A stretch of DNA of 64,000 nt from Vicugna vicugna (GCA_013265495.1 MU060887.1:4030001-4094000); one strand, 5' to 3'; positions 1 through 14,600 are shown, counted from the first letter of the stretch. Program-made: numbers and translations. Notes: generated from the letters alone by a model not told the origin.

Positions 1-139
1 CAGCCACAGCATAGGAAGCTTCCAAAGGGAACTTAATTATACTTATAATGTTTAAAACAAAACTTTTAAAGGACCAGGCATCACTGGTAGAATTATAAAT
101 TAATTTGTGTTCCATTGCTTTCTTTCATTATATTCTAAC

Positions 140-224
140 TTTTTTTTTTAAATGGAGGTACTGGGGATTGAACCCAGGACCTCGTGCATGCTAAGCACGT
201 GCTCTACTGAACTAGACCCTCCCC
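140..224 (-). mobile_element. tRNA-Ala-derived SINE (camelid vic-1-like)
   Basis: The reverse complement reads GGGAGGGTCTAGTTCAGTAGAGCACGTGCTTAGCATGCACGAGGTCCTGGGTTCAATCCCCAGTACCTCCA followed by an A tail. Possible TSD tctttcatta at 121-130 and 228-237. Confidence 0.85.
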
Positions 225-488
225 ATGTCTTTCATTAAATTGATTTTTAGCAGATAAATGGACACGGACGGGGGAGGAGGTGATGCAGTGATGGGCAGAC
301 AGGGGAAATACAGGCTCTTAAAGGGCAAGTGACCCCCGAGCTGGCTGCACTGTTTCCCTCCACATCTCCAGGCCGGGACCTGTGCGAGGAGGAAAATTAT
401 ACCAGCAGGTTTCATTTTTCCTGATTGAACCAGTCAGGGCAGCAGCCAGACAACAATTCACTGGTACGGAACTCCTGGGGGTGCCGTC

Positions 489-878
489 TGTCATGGGCTG
501 AACTGTGTCCCCTCCAAACAAGATAGGCTGGAGCCCTAACCCCCAGGAGCTGACCAGGATGGGACCTGATTTGGAAATAGGGTCTCTACAGAGGTGATCC
601 AGTGAAATCATTAGGGTCGGCCCTAATCCAGTAGGACTGGCGTCCTTTTAAAAAGGGGAAATTTGGACACAGACACACACAGAGGGAGAGGGAAGATGAT
701 GGGGAGACCCAAGGGGAAGATGGCCATCGGCAAGCCGAGGAGGGAGGCCCCCGAAGGAACCGGCCCTGCCGACACCTTGATCTTGGACTTTTGGCCTCCA
801 GGCTAGAAGACAACAAATGTCTGTTGCTCTGAGTCACCCAGTTTGCGGTGCTTTGTTACTGTAGCCCCAGAAAACAAG
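489..878 (+). mobile_element. MaLR (MLT1-type) solo LTR
   Basis: TGTCATGGGCTGAACTGTGTCCCC...GATTTGGAAATAGGGTC...GGCCCTAATCCAGT...GACACCTTGATCTTGGACTT...TTTGTTACTGTAGCCCCAG is the characteristic MLT1 layout. Boundaries approximate. Confidence 0.75.
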
Positions 879-1057
879 ATCCAATTGACATTCCACTGCA
901 TCATAAGAAGGCACAGGCGCTTCTGCCCGGAGTCATACCGGAATCTGTAATAACCATGTTTGGTCTGTGTTTTGGCTGGGCTAGACCTAGTGGGTCAGTG
1001 GTGAATAAGTCAGGTCTAAAATACTTCTAGAAAGCTACCCGCAGGTCAGGCACGCAC

Positions 1058-4000
1058 TGGCAGCAACGCTGTGGACGCTGATGTTGGCTTCAGAGATGGA
1101 AGAATACAAGATGTGCTGTCCTTCTCGCACCTGGACAGGGTTGACCAGCTGACCTAGGAGGTAACAGGGCAAATCATGAGACCTGGGTGAGGGCTGGGAA
1201 GGGGATTCCTCTGCCACCCACCGGGCCCTTCAGTTCATGACTCTAATGATAAAGAACCAAGGAAAATGCAGTCATGAGATACAATGTTGCAAGACATCCC
1301 ATGGAACACATTAGGTTTTTTTCTATTATCTATTTTATTTTTTTAATGGAGGTACTGGGGATTGAACCCAGGACTTCCTGTATGCTAAGCATGTGCTCTA
1401 CCACTGAGCTATACCACCTCCCCTACCCCGGAATGTAGTAAGTTTTAAAAATGTGGCCCCCATACGTCTCCTTGATGTGAGAGCTCTGAGGAATGGGCTG
1501 GATATTGGGTGAACACTGTGGGGTGCCTTTTATTATAAGGGTAGCGTGGGAGGAATCAGAGTTTTCTTTCTGGAATGGATTCCCCACATGGGCCAGGTCA
1601 GCCCTGAGCCGTTTCCTTGCGTTGGAAGGAAACAGCCCTATTCAAGCGGCTTGATGGGTGTTGGGGAGTGGGTTGTGACTGTAGGTGCTCTGGCAGCCAC
1701 CCCTGTGCCCAGAGGTCCCTCAGAGCACCTCCTCCTGGGGGGCTGCCTTTCACTCCCCTCCTTAGGCGGGCTGGGGCTCACACGTCCTAGGCCTGCAAAC
1801 AAGATCTGCAGCTCCTGGACTTGGCCCCTCTGCCCTAGGCATCTGGTGACTTGCAGAACCTGCCTACCGGGCCCTAAAGATCCCAGGAGGCGGGAAACAG
1901 GGACACAGTGAAGACGACAAATCAAGGATGGGCTTGTCATTGTCCACTCAAGTCAGGGGAGAGTGAGAGGACGGCTTGTGCTCCCCACCCCCAGCCCCCA
2001 CCCAGGGAGGCAGCCCCAAGGCTGGGCCTCGCTCACCTGCATTCTGAGAAACCAGCAGGCTTTTCTCACACCAGAAGATGAGGATGCCCTTCTGGCCCGG
2101 GGCGATGAGGATGTCAAGAGTCCCGTTGTAGTCAAAGGGCAGCCCGAAATCGAGGTTCAGGGGGTAGTCTGAGTAGCTGAACATGGCCTGAGAGAGGAAT
2201 ACTGAAGCTTGAGCAAGAAAAGAAATCATGGGTCGGCGGTTACCTATGCGGCCCATAGAACTGTGTGGGTCCCTCGTGCTCTGTTATTCAAACTTTCTTC
2301 CAACCTTATTACCTAGTCTGGTGGTTCCCAGCTTCGATGATTCTGCCCCCAAGGGACCCTGGGCGGAGTCTGTGGTCTTCTGTTCTTGTCCCAATTTGAG
2401 AGGCTCCTGGCATCAAGTGGGTGGCGCCAGGGAGTCTGCTCCACACCCCACGCGCCCAGGGCACGCCCCCCATCACAAAGAACCATTTACCCAAAACGCC
2501 CGCTGTGCAAGAGCCCAGCTCCCCCATGTTCTGCTCTGCCCTCGCTGACGCCCTTATACTTAGATTATTATTCAAGCCCATGTCCCCAGGCTGGTCCCCA
2601 GATTCTTGTCCTGCCTGCCATTTGGATCTTGCAACCCTCAAAGGTGACATCTCTTAGGTGAAGTCTAAATTCCTCTGTGTGGATCTCAAAGTTCTCTCTC
2701 ACTTGCTCTTTAACACCATGCAAGGATGGAGTTTAAAAAAAAAAGAAAAAAACCTCACACTTAACACGGGTTTCTAAGCGAGTCCCACAGAGATACCCAC
2801 ACCTCTCTCTCAGAAGATGCACTGTGGCAGAGGGAGAGGTTTCTGCAGCACGGCTTGCCCAGTGCCTCCGAGTCTGCAAAGGTACCGCGCTGCTTTCTAA
2901 GGGGCCCCAGGGTGGTGGGAGGAGCTTAGCGGCCAGGGTGAGGATGGGCTGTTGCCTGGGCTACTGAGCTGGACTAGTCCTACCCGCTGAGCAGTGTGGA
3001 TGGGCTGCCTTGGTCCTGAGACCCTGAGAGAGCGCTCAGCTGAGCTGCCAGGGGTCAGAGGAGCCCAGTTAAGGCAACGAGCCAAACACAAGAGTTCATT
3101 CAGCCTTTAACTGCTTTCTGCCGTGTGGTAAATAAGAGCTGAGGCCAGAGAGAACGCCAAAGTCCCCTGTTTGTCCCTTCCCATGAGATGGCACACCGCC
3201 AGAGGTCCACTGGGTTGGCAGAGGTATGGGGTTCATCACCCCGTGCCAGGGGGCCCCCCGGACAGAAGGTGTCTGCAGTTTTATGCACCCAGGCCCTCAG
3301 GTGGGGAAAAGGCCAGGAGTGAAAAATTGCTGAGTCAGAGTGAAAAGTGGCTTCAGGTTTCCCCCTCCTCCCTCCATAAGGAGGCTGAGGCCTGAAGACC
3401 ACGCCAGGGCTAGGAATGCAAAGATGTCAGCGTCCTTGACTGCAGCGCCTTCAAGTCCATCGTGCTCCAGGCGCGGAGTGGGGAAGGCAGCTTCCCCCCC
3501 GGACGCCCGCCAGGTGCAGCCTTCATGACGAGGAGTGGTCAGGCCCGGGAAACCAGGCGTAGATTGAAACCAGGACGACTCAGCCACCACCACATTCTTG
3601 GGGTTTCCAGAGTGGCAGGAGAGTCTCTGATTCAGCATGGGCCCTGGCAGTTCGTGCTCCGGAGGGGACCCTGGATGGGGGCTTTCAGCCGCCAGGGAGC
3701 AGCCCGGCCTCTGGGAGCTTCCTGGCGGTGGGTCTCCCCAGAACTTCAGAGAGGCACACCCTGCTCACAGATTTTGCAGCCAGAGGGTACTGACTGGACT
3801 TCAGTCTTTGTCTGACTTCATAATTTTTTCTTCAGGTGCACTTGGCATGGACTGATTCCTCTTGTTAACTTAGTCTTATCCTAAATGATACCTGTGAGGT
3901 CCCAGTTTTCATGCCCTGATTTTCTGAATACATGTGAAAATAATTATTATGAAAAGGGTTGACGTGAGGCATTTAAAATGGTCTTGTGTTATCAGCGACA

Positions 4001-7000
4001 CATGCAGCACACCCTGTATTTTATCCCTAGTGCCCAACATAGTGCTTGGCACCTCCTAGACCTTACTTAATATTGCTGAATGCATGACTGAATGAGCAAA
4101 TAAAGGTAGGGGTGTGGGTGAGCAGAAGGGTATATGAATGTATAGGTAGATGGGTGGATGGCTGAGTAGGGGGAGGATGGAAGAGCAGATGGATGAATGG
4201 ATGGATAGGTGGATGCATGCGTAGGTGGGTGGGTCATTGGATGGATGGATAAGTAGGTTGATGGATGGATGAGTAGATGCATGAGAAGATAGGTAGGTAG
4301 ATGGCTGGATGGGTAGGTGGATGAGTGGTTGGATAAATAGACAAATGGAAGAATGGATAGATGGATGGATGTGTGGATGGATGGGTAGGTGGGTGGATGA
4401 ATGGGCAAATGGATAGTTGGGTGGATGGAGATATGGATGGACAGGTGGGTGAAAAGCTAGATGGATTTCAGATATGAAAATCTAAGTGTGTGAGGTTTGA
4501 CAGAAACCTGGCTTGGGGTAAAGGTCACTGAAGTCACTCTTCCCCAGGCTAAAAGTTACTCACCTTCTGCTGGTTGACAAGGAGCAGGCCCACCTGTGAC
4601 AGGGAGTGAAAGTAGAAGATCCCACCCAAGGACCCGACTAGCTCTGCCTGTGGAACAAAGCATCACGTAAGAATAAACGATAAACATGCGCCTAATTCAA
4701 AATTTAACTCTAGATTATCTAGTAGGCTAAAGTGAAGGAAAGTCTTTTATTATGATGATGATGATGATCGCTCTGTCCTCTGTGAAAATGGAGCATCTAG
4801 GGCAGACCTTGAAAGAAGACAGCTGGGCTTGGGGTGTTGCAGGAAGTGGTGTGGCTCAGGCTGCGAGACGCCCGCCTAAACCCTCCACTCTTGCCTGGGT
4901 TTCTCACTCCTGACCGTTGGCTGGTCAGCAACGTGCCCGGCAGGTGAGCCGGAGCATGAGGCCCAGGGCCGCAACCCAGCGAGAGTGGGACAGATGGCCA
5001 CCAGACGTCCTTCAGGTAAGAGAGCAGGACCACTATCTTATTTAAGCCTCTGATACTGGGAGGGAGGCAGAGATTTCTATTATATAAAGTGCCGTGAGCC
5101 AGACTGCGTCCCTGCCGCCGCCGGTGTATGGGCTGAAACCCTAACCCCCTGTCTTATTCCGTTCGGGCTGCTGTGACAAAATACCACAGACTGGGTGGCT
5201 TCTCAGCAACAGAACGTGATTGCTCACAGTTCTGGAGGCTGGCAGTCCGAGAGCGGGCTGCCAGCGTGCTCAGCTGGGGCCCTCTCCTGGGCTGCAGACT
5301 TTCTGCTGGGGCCTCACGTGGAGGGAGTGGTGAGCCAGCTCCCCGGGGCCTCTTTTAGAAGGGCACTAACCTGGGGGCTCCAGCCTCATGACCTAAGCAC
5401 CTCCCAGAGGCCCCGCCTCCTACCACCGTCACATCAGGCATTAGGATTTCAACATACGCATTTTGGGGGGCACAGTGTGATGCTATTTGGAGGCGGGGGT
5501 CTTTGTGTAGTGACTAGGTTTACCTGTGGTCAGGAGGGTGGGGCCTCATGATGGGATTAGTGCCGTTACAAGAAGAGACACCAGAGGGCGCTTTCTTGCT
5601 CCCTCTCCCCCTCCCTCCCATCTGAGGACACAGTAAGGAGGGGGCCGTCTGCAAGACAGGAAAAGAGCCCTCACCAGGAACGAAATCAGCTAGCACCTTG
5701 ATCTTGAACTTCCCAGAAATAAACATGTGTTGCTTCAGTCACCAGCTTGCGGGATCTGCTGTGGCAGCCCGAGCACAGTAAGATGTCCTGTCAGTCTGTC
5801 CCGACTAGCACAGGCGGCCAGGCATCATGGCGGCCCGCCCGTCACCCCGCCACCAGTCACCCCCATGCCTCCTCCCCTGCCGAGAGAACACAGAGGGGCC
5901 TCCATCTCAGGGGATGAGTGGTCACTGCTCTGGACCACACTTAGGAGTCTCAGCCCCTTGGCCATGGGCCCTTGGGCTCCAGGACTTAACCCAGCCATCC
6001 TGGATCTCGGCTGCAGATGGCAGACTGTGGGGCTTCTCTGCCTCCGTGACCGCGTGGGCCAGTTCTTATCGCCTGTCTCCTCTTCCATATGTTTATATCT
6101 CTATCTCTGCGAGTACTTTTGTTTCTCTGGAGAACCCTAAAACCATTGGGGATTTTAGTGACGATGGTTTTCGACTGAGCAAAGACATTAAGTCCGGGTC
6201 CTTCTAGACCTAGTTTCGAATGAAACAATGTGGCTGCTTAGATTCTGGGCTTCGTCGGGCCTCCTGGGCAGGGCCGAGAAACCAGTCTGGGGGTGTGATC
6301 AGAACTTGAGGGCAGAGTGGACCCTCTCTGCCTCCCTTTGGACCAGCTTCCTAAGTGTCTGGGGGGATGAAGCCATTCTCTGCATCGGGACAAAACGCCA
6401 CCATCCTCTTAGCTACCCAAGGATCCTATCTTCTAAGCTGTTCAAACCCCAGCTCTGCCAAGCTGTGTGGCCTTGGCAAGGCCCTGCACCTCTCTGAGCC
6501 TTCGACCCTGTGTTGGTTTCCTAGGGCTGCTATAACAAAGTACCACACACCCAGTGGCTTAAAACAGCAGGGCTGTGATGCCACAGGTGTGGAGGCTGGA
6601 GGTCTGAAGTCAGGGGGTCAGCGGGGTTGGTTCCTTCCGGAAGCTCTGAGGAAGTAAGCCGGTCATTCCTCTCTTCTGGTTCCTCTCCAACCCTGCCTCC
6701 ATCTTCCTGTGGCCTTCTTCTCTGTGTGACCCTCTCCTGTCCTCTCTTCTTACCAGGACGCCAGGTGCTGGTTTTAGAACCCACCCTGACCCAGGATGAC
6801 CTCGTCTTAGCTAATGATATCTGCAAAGACCCTGTTTCTAAGGACAGTCATGTTCTGAGGTTCGGGGTGGACACAGGTTTTGTGGGGGACACACGTTCAA
6901 CCCCATCAAGTTCTCTCATCTGTAAAGTGGGGATGATGGTGGTTCCTGACATATAGCCCTTTGGGTGGGCGTGGGGTTGCGTGTTGTGAGTCACGTGCAG

Positions 7001-10000
7001 CCTGTGCTGTGGCACCAGCTTTCCCCCTAAACAGGGCCGTCTCTTTCCTCACGTCCCAATCTCCTGAGCCAGCTGCTCTGACCTGGAATTTTCCCCTACC
7101 CTCCTAGCTGGCTGGATTCTTCAAGAGAGAAAAGTCCTTGCTCGCCACGGACAACTAATTACTCCTACCGCACAGGGTACTTTTTTTTTGTTGTTGTTGT
7201 TGACTTTCTCACCAGGTTGAACATACCTGCCTTTCGTGGGCATACTTCTGAAATACGTATCCTCGGGTGTTTGAGAAATAGATATTGGTCTGAGATATCT
7301 GATCTCCAAGCAAATAAGCAAAAACCGAGTTGCTTACATCCTGGAAGAACACACACATAGAATGGTCTCTTTAAAAGGAGACAGAGGGAGAAGGGGGGTG
7401 GCTGGGGAGATGTTCTTTAAGTAGATAAATAAGGCCTAGAAGTCAAATGCACAGCACAGTGATTGCAGACAGCAACACTGTATTATAAACTCCAAAGTTG
7501 CTAAGAAACCAAGTCTTAATTGTTCCCACAAAAAAAAGAAATGATAAGTGTGTGATATGGTATGGTGGTGATTGTATTGCTGTACATAAGTCTATCTAAT
7601 CAACACACTGTGGCGTGTCAATTATACCTCTGTTTTTAAAAGAGGGGGCAGATGCCAGTGATCACACTTCTGGGCATTTATCCCAGACAAGTGAAAACTT
7701 ATGTCCAGACAAAAGCCTGTCCATGAATGTCTACAGCAGCCTTATTTCTAACAGCCAAAAAGTAGAAACAACCCACTTCTGGTTCGGCCACACTTTGGAA
7801 AATTCCTCAGAAAGGAACAGACTAGACACATGCACAACAAATCAGACGAGTCTCCAAAGAATGTTGCTGGGACAAGCTAGTCCCCAGAGGTTTCGTATGG
7901 TATGGTCCCACTCATATAACATTCTTGAAATGATAAAATTAGAGAGATGGAAAACAGGTTCGTGGTTGCCAGGGTCAGGGCAGTGCCGGGCGACGTGGAA
8001 AGAGCGCCGGGGTGATGGAACAGTTGGGTATTTTGCCCTCAGTCGCCATTCCCTGACTTGACACAGTTGTGCCCATGTCAATTTCCTGTCTGTATCATAT
8101 TGCGCTTGTGTAAGATGTAACCACTGGGGGGAACTGGGTGAGGGATACGTGGTACTCTTATTTTTTCAACTTCCTGTACATCTATAATTATTTCAAAATA
8201 CCAGGTTAAAAAAAAAAAGAAGATATATGGATACACTCACAGTGTGTCGGCCAGCTGATCTAACAGTAGCTCCGGGGCCCCGCCCGTACCTCAGGTCCTG
8301 TCCTGAGCCCAGGGCAGTGCACCGCCCGAGTCCATCTCAGCCCCAGCCCTCGAGGCGTAACTGCCCTTATTTCCATTCATAATTACCTCTGCTCAGAGCA
8401 GAGTGGACAAACGAGACAGGACACGTGGTACTCACCGCACAAAAGGAATTTCCACTGTAACAACAGTTGTCACCAGAAATGTGGGAAACAGGGTGTTCTA
8501 TACCTGAAAGGAAAGAGAACTGAAATGCCCTCTGAGCTCCCTGCAGGTTCGGGGGGAGGTTAGAGCAGGGCTTCTCGCCGTCCGGCTGACATCTGCGCCC
8601 AGACTGTCCTGGGCACCGCGGGATGTTTTACAGCATCCCTGCTTCTGCTGACTGCCTTACCTTATTGAATCACTTATGCAATAACTTATTTAACTGGTGA
8701 CACTCTTCTCCAGTCTTGACAACTAAAAAATGTCTCCAGACATTGCTAAGTGTCATCTCGGGGTGAGGGGCAAATTATTCCTGATTGAGAACCACTGGTT
8801 TTGCAGAAACTCTTTCAGGATTCTGCCAACATTGCAGGAAGAGTGCCCTTCTCTTAGGGAGGCATTCTTTGATTCTGTTTTAAAAGAAGCTTCAACTCCA
8901 AAGAAAATATACATGTAGCTGACAAGCTCAATATCACTAATCATCAGGGAAATGCAGTGCAAAACCACAGTGAGGTACCTCCCGCCCATTAGGATGGCTA
9001 CCACGAAACAGAAAATGAGTGTTGGTGACGCCTGGAATCCTGCTGCACTGCTGGTGCGAATGTAAAATGGAATGAAAGTAGAATGACCACATGATCCAGG
9101 AATTCCACTTCTGGGTATATACCCCCACAAACATTAAAAGCATGGTCTCCAGGAGACATTTGTATATGGATGTTCAAACCAGCATGATCTATAATAGCTA
9201 AAACATGCAAGCAGCCCGAGTGTCCATTGACAACTGAATAGATTTTTTTATATGTGGTCCATTCACCCCAATGGAATATTATGCAGCCTTAAAAAGGGAG
9301 GAATTCTGACACCTGCTACAACACGGATGAACCTTGAGGACATGATGCTCAGTGAAACAAGCTGGCCATAAAAGGACAAATACTGAATGATCCCATTTAT
9401 TTGAGGTCCCCAGAGAAGTCACATTCATAGAGACAGAAAGTAAAATTGGGGGCACAGGGAATGGAGAAGGGGTATGGGGAGTTCACTCTTTGGATGCTAT
9501 TAAACTGATGGAGAGAAGAGAAAAGACAGAGACCAGACTGACTTACGTTACAGGGAGACCTGATGGTTCCTCAGTAAGTTAAATNNNNNNNNNNNNNNNN
9601 NNNNNNNNNNNNNNNNNNNNNNNNNNNNNNNNNNNNNNNNNNNNNNNNNNNNNNNNNNNNNNNNNNNNNNNNNNNNNNNNNNNNNNNNNNNNNNNNNNNN
9701 NNNNNNNNNNNNNNCATCACAACGAATACACACGAAACAAAACGACAGCAAATTGCCAGATGGTTATCTACCAACTCAGTGGTTTTTGACTGAGGGGATT
9801 TTGACCTGTGGGGGACACTGGGTGATGTCTGGGGACATCTGTGGTTGTCATGACTGGGGGTCTCCTGGCATTGAGTGGGTGGAGGCTGGGGAGGCTGCTC
9901 CACACCCCACGGTGCCCAGGATGGCCCTGCAGAGGATGACCTGGTCCTGATGTCAGCAGGACAGCAGTTAAGAAACCTCGTACTGACTCCTTTCTCACCT

Positions 10001-10519
10001 TGATGAGCCCCTGGTGATTACCTGTCCTCCCTCCCCCTTCTCCTCGTGTCCTGGAAAAGAGGGGCCGTCCTTCCTCTTTTCTAGGGAACATCTCCCTTGT
10101 CTCACTTGGCCCCATCTCTGTCTCCTCCACCAGGGTTCGCTTCTCTCTCTCCTTAAAGCTAGTCTTCTCCACTGTCCCCACCCCTGACGCGACGTACGCA
10201 GGACTATGTCACCCGCCAGCCTTGCCGCCAGTCATCCAGGACTCATCTCTGCGGCACCCCTGTCCTCCCCGTCCTCCCCTCCATCACAGCTCCTGCTGCC
10301 GCACCTTGTGTGCTCCGACCAGAGCAGGGTTTTGTGGCTTGTCACCACGATCCCAGGTGGAAACACTCAGTTCCCACCCTGTGGGAAGGGGATTCAGGCC
10401 AATTTTTATTTGAATTTTAAATGACAATGGAACGGCCAGTGGCTGACATCCAAGTAGCAGTATCGTCTGTACTTCTGAGAATAATAATCTTTTCTCTGGT
10501 GTTGGCTATGCAAAATAAA

Positions 10520-10550
<31 letters not shown>

Positions 10551-11635
10551 GCGAGGGAGGGAGAGAGAGAGGCAGAGAGGGAGAGGGAGAGAGGGAGAGA
10601 CATACCTTTTGATGCATTCCAGGAATTGGCTTCATAGTCATAAATGTAGACTCCTTGGTTCACGACTAACAGCAACACCGAACCAGCAAAATGTGCCGAC
10701 GTTACTTCCGGTGTGCTAACCTACGGATGCGACAGGCGGCACGGTATCAATCCGGGCACCTTTTCGGACATCGATGCAGAAGGCAGTGCTTCTAGATATG
10801 CATCCAAGAAACGCTTATGCCAGCAAGAGTTAGTTGTCTGGTTCCTAGATACTGGAAACTATGCATCCTGGGGACCAGCGAGAAGCAGACTGGGAGGTTA
10901 AAGTTGGCGCCCTCGGACACCTAAGTTCGCTGCATCCCCTTCTCCCATCTCAAAACCTCCTCTGAGGATACAGTCTATAGCACAGATGACGGATGAGGAG
11001 CAGAACCAATAAAGGCATCACTTGAGAGAGAAACTGGTATTTTAACAGATGGCCCTGCGGTAGCATAGGTGGGCAACCATCAAATTTCTCAAGGCAGTTA
11101 CTGAGGGGGTACAGGTTTTTCAGGACTACTTAGGGAGGCCCTGACATCAGTGCATGTAATCTGTTTATTTATAACACACAACAGTTATAAGGAGCACTTG
11201 CAACAATTCTGGTTCTTTTTTCAGGAAAAAAAAAAGGCGCCTATTTTGGGAGTAAGGGGAGAATAGAACCAACCCTTCTTTTGGCTTAGAATTTGCTCTC
11301 AGTGTCTTTAAGAGGCACATCATAAAAGAAGCCCCCAAACCAGCAGGAACAGACCGATGTGGCATTCCCGAACTGTATCTAATCCTAAGTATTATCCACG
11401 TCAAGCATCCTGCGGGTAGTTGGGCAAAACAACCACCTGCAGTGCCGCAGGGATGGAGAGTGGAAGGAGGCTGCTCTCGAAGTTGTCTCTCGTCAGGAAA
11501 GCTTGTCTCCTGAAATGAACAATAAAAGAGTTCAGTCAGGACAGTTTCACACAAGAAAAGAAAAAGACAGTGGCAGGCAATCTAAAAATGTTCCATTCAA
11601 ACAAAATTCCTTTCTTAGCAAGGAGCCATCGTGCA

Positions 11636-11667
<32 letters not shown>

Positions 11668-14600
11668 CCTATCTATCTATTTACCATCTGTCTATTTTTG
11701 CATGAGTAAACCTCTATAGCCCGGGTATTTGACATCTTGAAATAATAACATTATTTTAAAAGCATGATCAAAAATAAAATGATACAAAGTGTACATTAAG
11801 TGACTATTTTGCTCAGGATGAACTTCGGTTTTGTCATTTTAAAATATTTCTATTGCTCTGATCCCGCTAAAGTAAAGGAATGTGTATATAAGAAAGAAGC
11901 AATGTGTTCCCTCACGCAGGAGACCTTTAAGAAGCAAAAGGCCAGCCGTGGACACGGTATACCGCTTCCTTATCCAGGTCTCCCGTCCCTTTAGCAGAAG
12001 AGTTTTATGGTTTTAGACAAAAAGGGGTTCCTGAGTTAATTCCCATGTATCTTAAAGTTTTTGCTGCTATTGTGAATGGCACCCCTCACAACTGCCTTTT
12101 ATAAGTGGTCATGGCTCAGTTCACAGGAGAGCTCTTGATGTTTTTTTCATGTCAGTCTTGCGTTTGGCCATCTTGATGCAATCAATTACTACTTCTGCTA
12201 GTGGGTACTCATAGACTTGGCAGACGTTGTCTCTTTCAATCTAATTGTGTATGTATTTCATATCTTTGTCTTGTCGTATTGCATGGGCTGGGACTACTGA
12301 CAGGAAGTTGAAATGAGAGTGATACGGTTTTCTCGGTTATTTTTACTTTTATATTGTCTCTTTTACATGGTTAAATACTGTCCACATAGATTCTGTTGAC
12401 ATCAAAACCAGCAAAACATTGGGGAAGGGAGGAACTCTGAAGCATGAACTAGGGGATATTATTTTGTCTATCTATTTTTGGTTTTGTTTCTATTTTAGAA
12501 CCTGTCAGTGAAGTGAGATTTCCAAAAAAAAGTTTCCTGAACCATTGCAAGATGTTCACCTACTTTGACCTTAAAAAAAACAAAACAAAACCTCTGATTC
12601 ACTCATTCATTTGGCACACATTTATTGAATACCAGGCTCTAGGGACACAAAGATAACCAAACATAGGCTCTTCTCATAAGAACAGCTCTACTTCACTAGG
12701 AAAAAAATATACAAAGAAGGAAGTTTTGGGTTGAAATACATATATAACGATCACTTTTCCAGGAAGCACAGCTGTCAGAAATCTAGTTAAGAATCCAGAA
12801 CTTAAAAAAAGAAAAAAGAACCCAGAAGTAAGTAAAACAAGCTTCGAACGTGCAAAGTGCAAAATCAACACCATACTGTTAGTAGACTCCAGGTCAAATA
12901 CTTCACTGATATTCTCTCCTTTAAATTTTATGTGGTCTGGTTTTAGACACAATTTTAAAACAGTAAATTAGAGAATGAGTGGTGGACTCCCATGCCGGTC
13001 TCTGCAAGCACTGGCAAGCTGACAGCCACACAATGCGATGGCTGTCAGCAAGGGAGAGAGAAGAAGAATGCTTTCAAAATTAGATGTATCACGGTGTTAT
13101 AGCAAAAGAGGACAGCCAGCCCAAAGGGTGAGGGTTACTGGCATCAGCCTCTCCACTACTTGGAAAACTCGAATGGCTGCCTGTCTCCTAAAGGATCAAG
13201 GGTGAAGCTTCTGAACCACTTACAGGGAGATCCGCTATCTGAACTCTATCCATCTTCCTACTCCAGGGCTTCTCACCCCAGCACCAGGGACGTTGGGTTC
13301 AGACCATTGTCTTGTAGGGAGCTGTCATGGGCACTGCAGGAGGTTGAGCAGCACCCCTGGCCTCCACTAGATGGCAGTAGCATGCCCCAGGCATGACAAC
13401 CACAAATGCCCCGCTGTGCTGCCCAGCCTCCCCTGGGGGAGGGGGGTGCAGAATCGTCCCCAGTTGAGAACTACTGCCCCTGGCTCACGTCTCACCACAC
13501 TGGACTTCTGTTTTACACTCCAACATCACATGCCATACTGTGTCTTTTGTTCATGCCATCTGGTACTGCCTATTTCCTCCAAAGCCAACTCCTATTCATC
13601 CTATGTGGTACTCAGCCTTTACACCAGAAGACAGGAAGTCTAACTCTTAGCTAAGTAGAGCTCTGTGCCCTTCTCCAGGCTGACACCCCATTGTTCCTCC
13701 TCAGTTAAGTGCCTTTGACTCAGCTCAATGCTTTCCAGACCTTCTCCACCCACTTATCCTAATGAGCTGAAATCCTACCTGGGCTAAACTACCTAACTCG
13801 GCTCAGGTGCCTCTTCCTCCATGCAACCTTCCTTGATTTCCCCACAACCCCTCTTCCTCTGAGCCACCACTCTTGTAACCCTATCTCCCTCCGGTGCTGC
13901 CTCCTGGTCTCTCACTGGACCACACCTCAGCTTCTCACTTGTGTCCTCCTTCAGTCTCACCTCTCTGCCTCCTGTTTTCCAACCAGAAGTCAGTGGTCCT
14001 TCAAAAGAGAAGTCAGGTCATGTCCCTCCCCTGTCTAATCGCTGGTGGCTTCCCACGAGAGTTAAGCTGAAATTCAGATTCATCACCATAGCTGACAAAG
14101 CCCCACGTGATGACACTTTGATGTCTCCCTTCACGCTTTACTCTCCATCATGGTGCTTGAGCTGTTCTCCCAACAATCAGACAAGGTCCTGCCTCAGGGC
14201 CTTTGCATATGCTGTCCCTGCTTCGAAGAATGCTCTTCCCCTTGACTGCAGGGGGACAAAGGCCTAGGGCAGGGTATGCATTGGGAACATAAACAAGTTA
14301 TCATTGTAGGTTAACTTTCTGGAAGTGAGATCTGTGTCTGAGAACATGCACTGAACATTTTGACAGATTCTGCCAAACTGTCCTCCACAGAAGAGAGACC
14401 CACTTAGCCTCATCCTCCTTTGCCCTCATCCTCGCCAACACAGTGGGTGAGAAGTGGTATCTTATAACTTTATTATGCATTAGAGTTTCTTATTTCCAGA
14501 AGCTGTTGGAGTCCAATGCTCTCTGATTCCAATGTGTTCTGGGAATGAGGTGCCATTTACGTGTTTTGCTCCACATGAGAGGTCCAGCAAACTTTTTCTG

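Noticed and set aside
380-425. Candidate CATSPERD exon 11 (cag|GAAAAATGAAACC...)
   Set aside because: Neither the phase nor the peptide continues the expected ENELAVIT-type sequence. Exon 11 probably lies beyond the left edge.
4067-4408. 113-aa His/Pro/Ser-rich ORF
   Set aside because: It is a translation of the GGAT simple repeat.
9548-9903. ORFs containing X runs (also 15059-15490)
   Set aside because: Artifacts of reading through assembly gaps.
12674-12952. ORF containing LHFARSKLVLL, superficially like the CATSPERD SAHFAGSVLLL exon
   Set aside because: The true exon is at 10606-10720 with correct splice sites and phase. This AT-rich stretch has no matching flanks and looks like old repeat-derived sequence.
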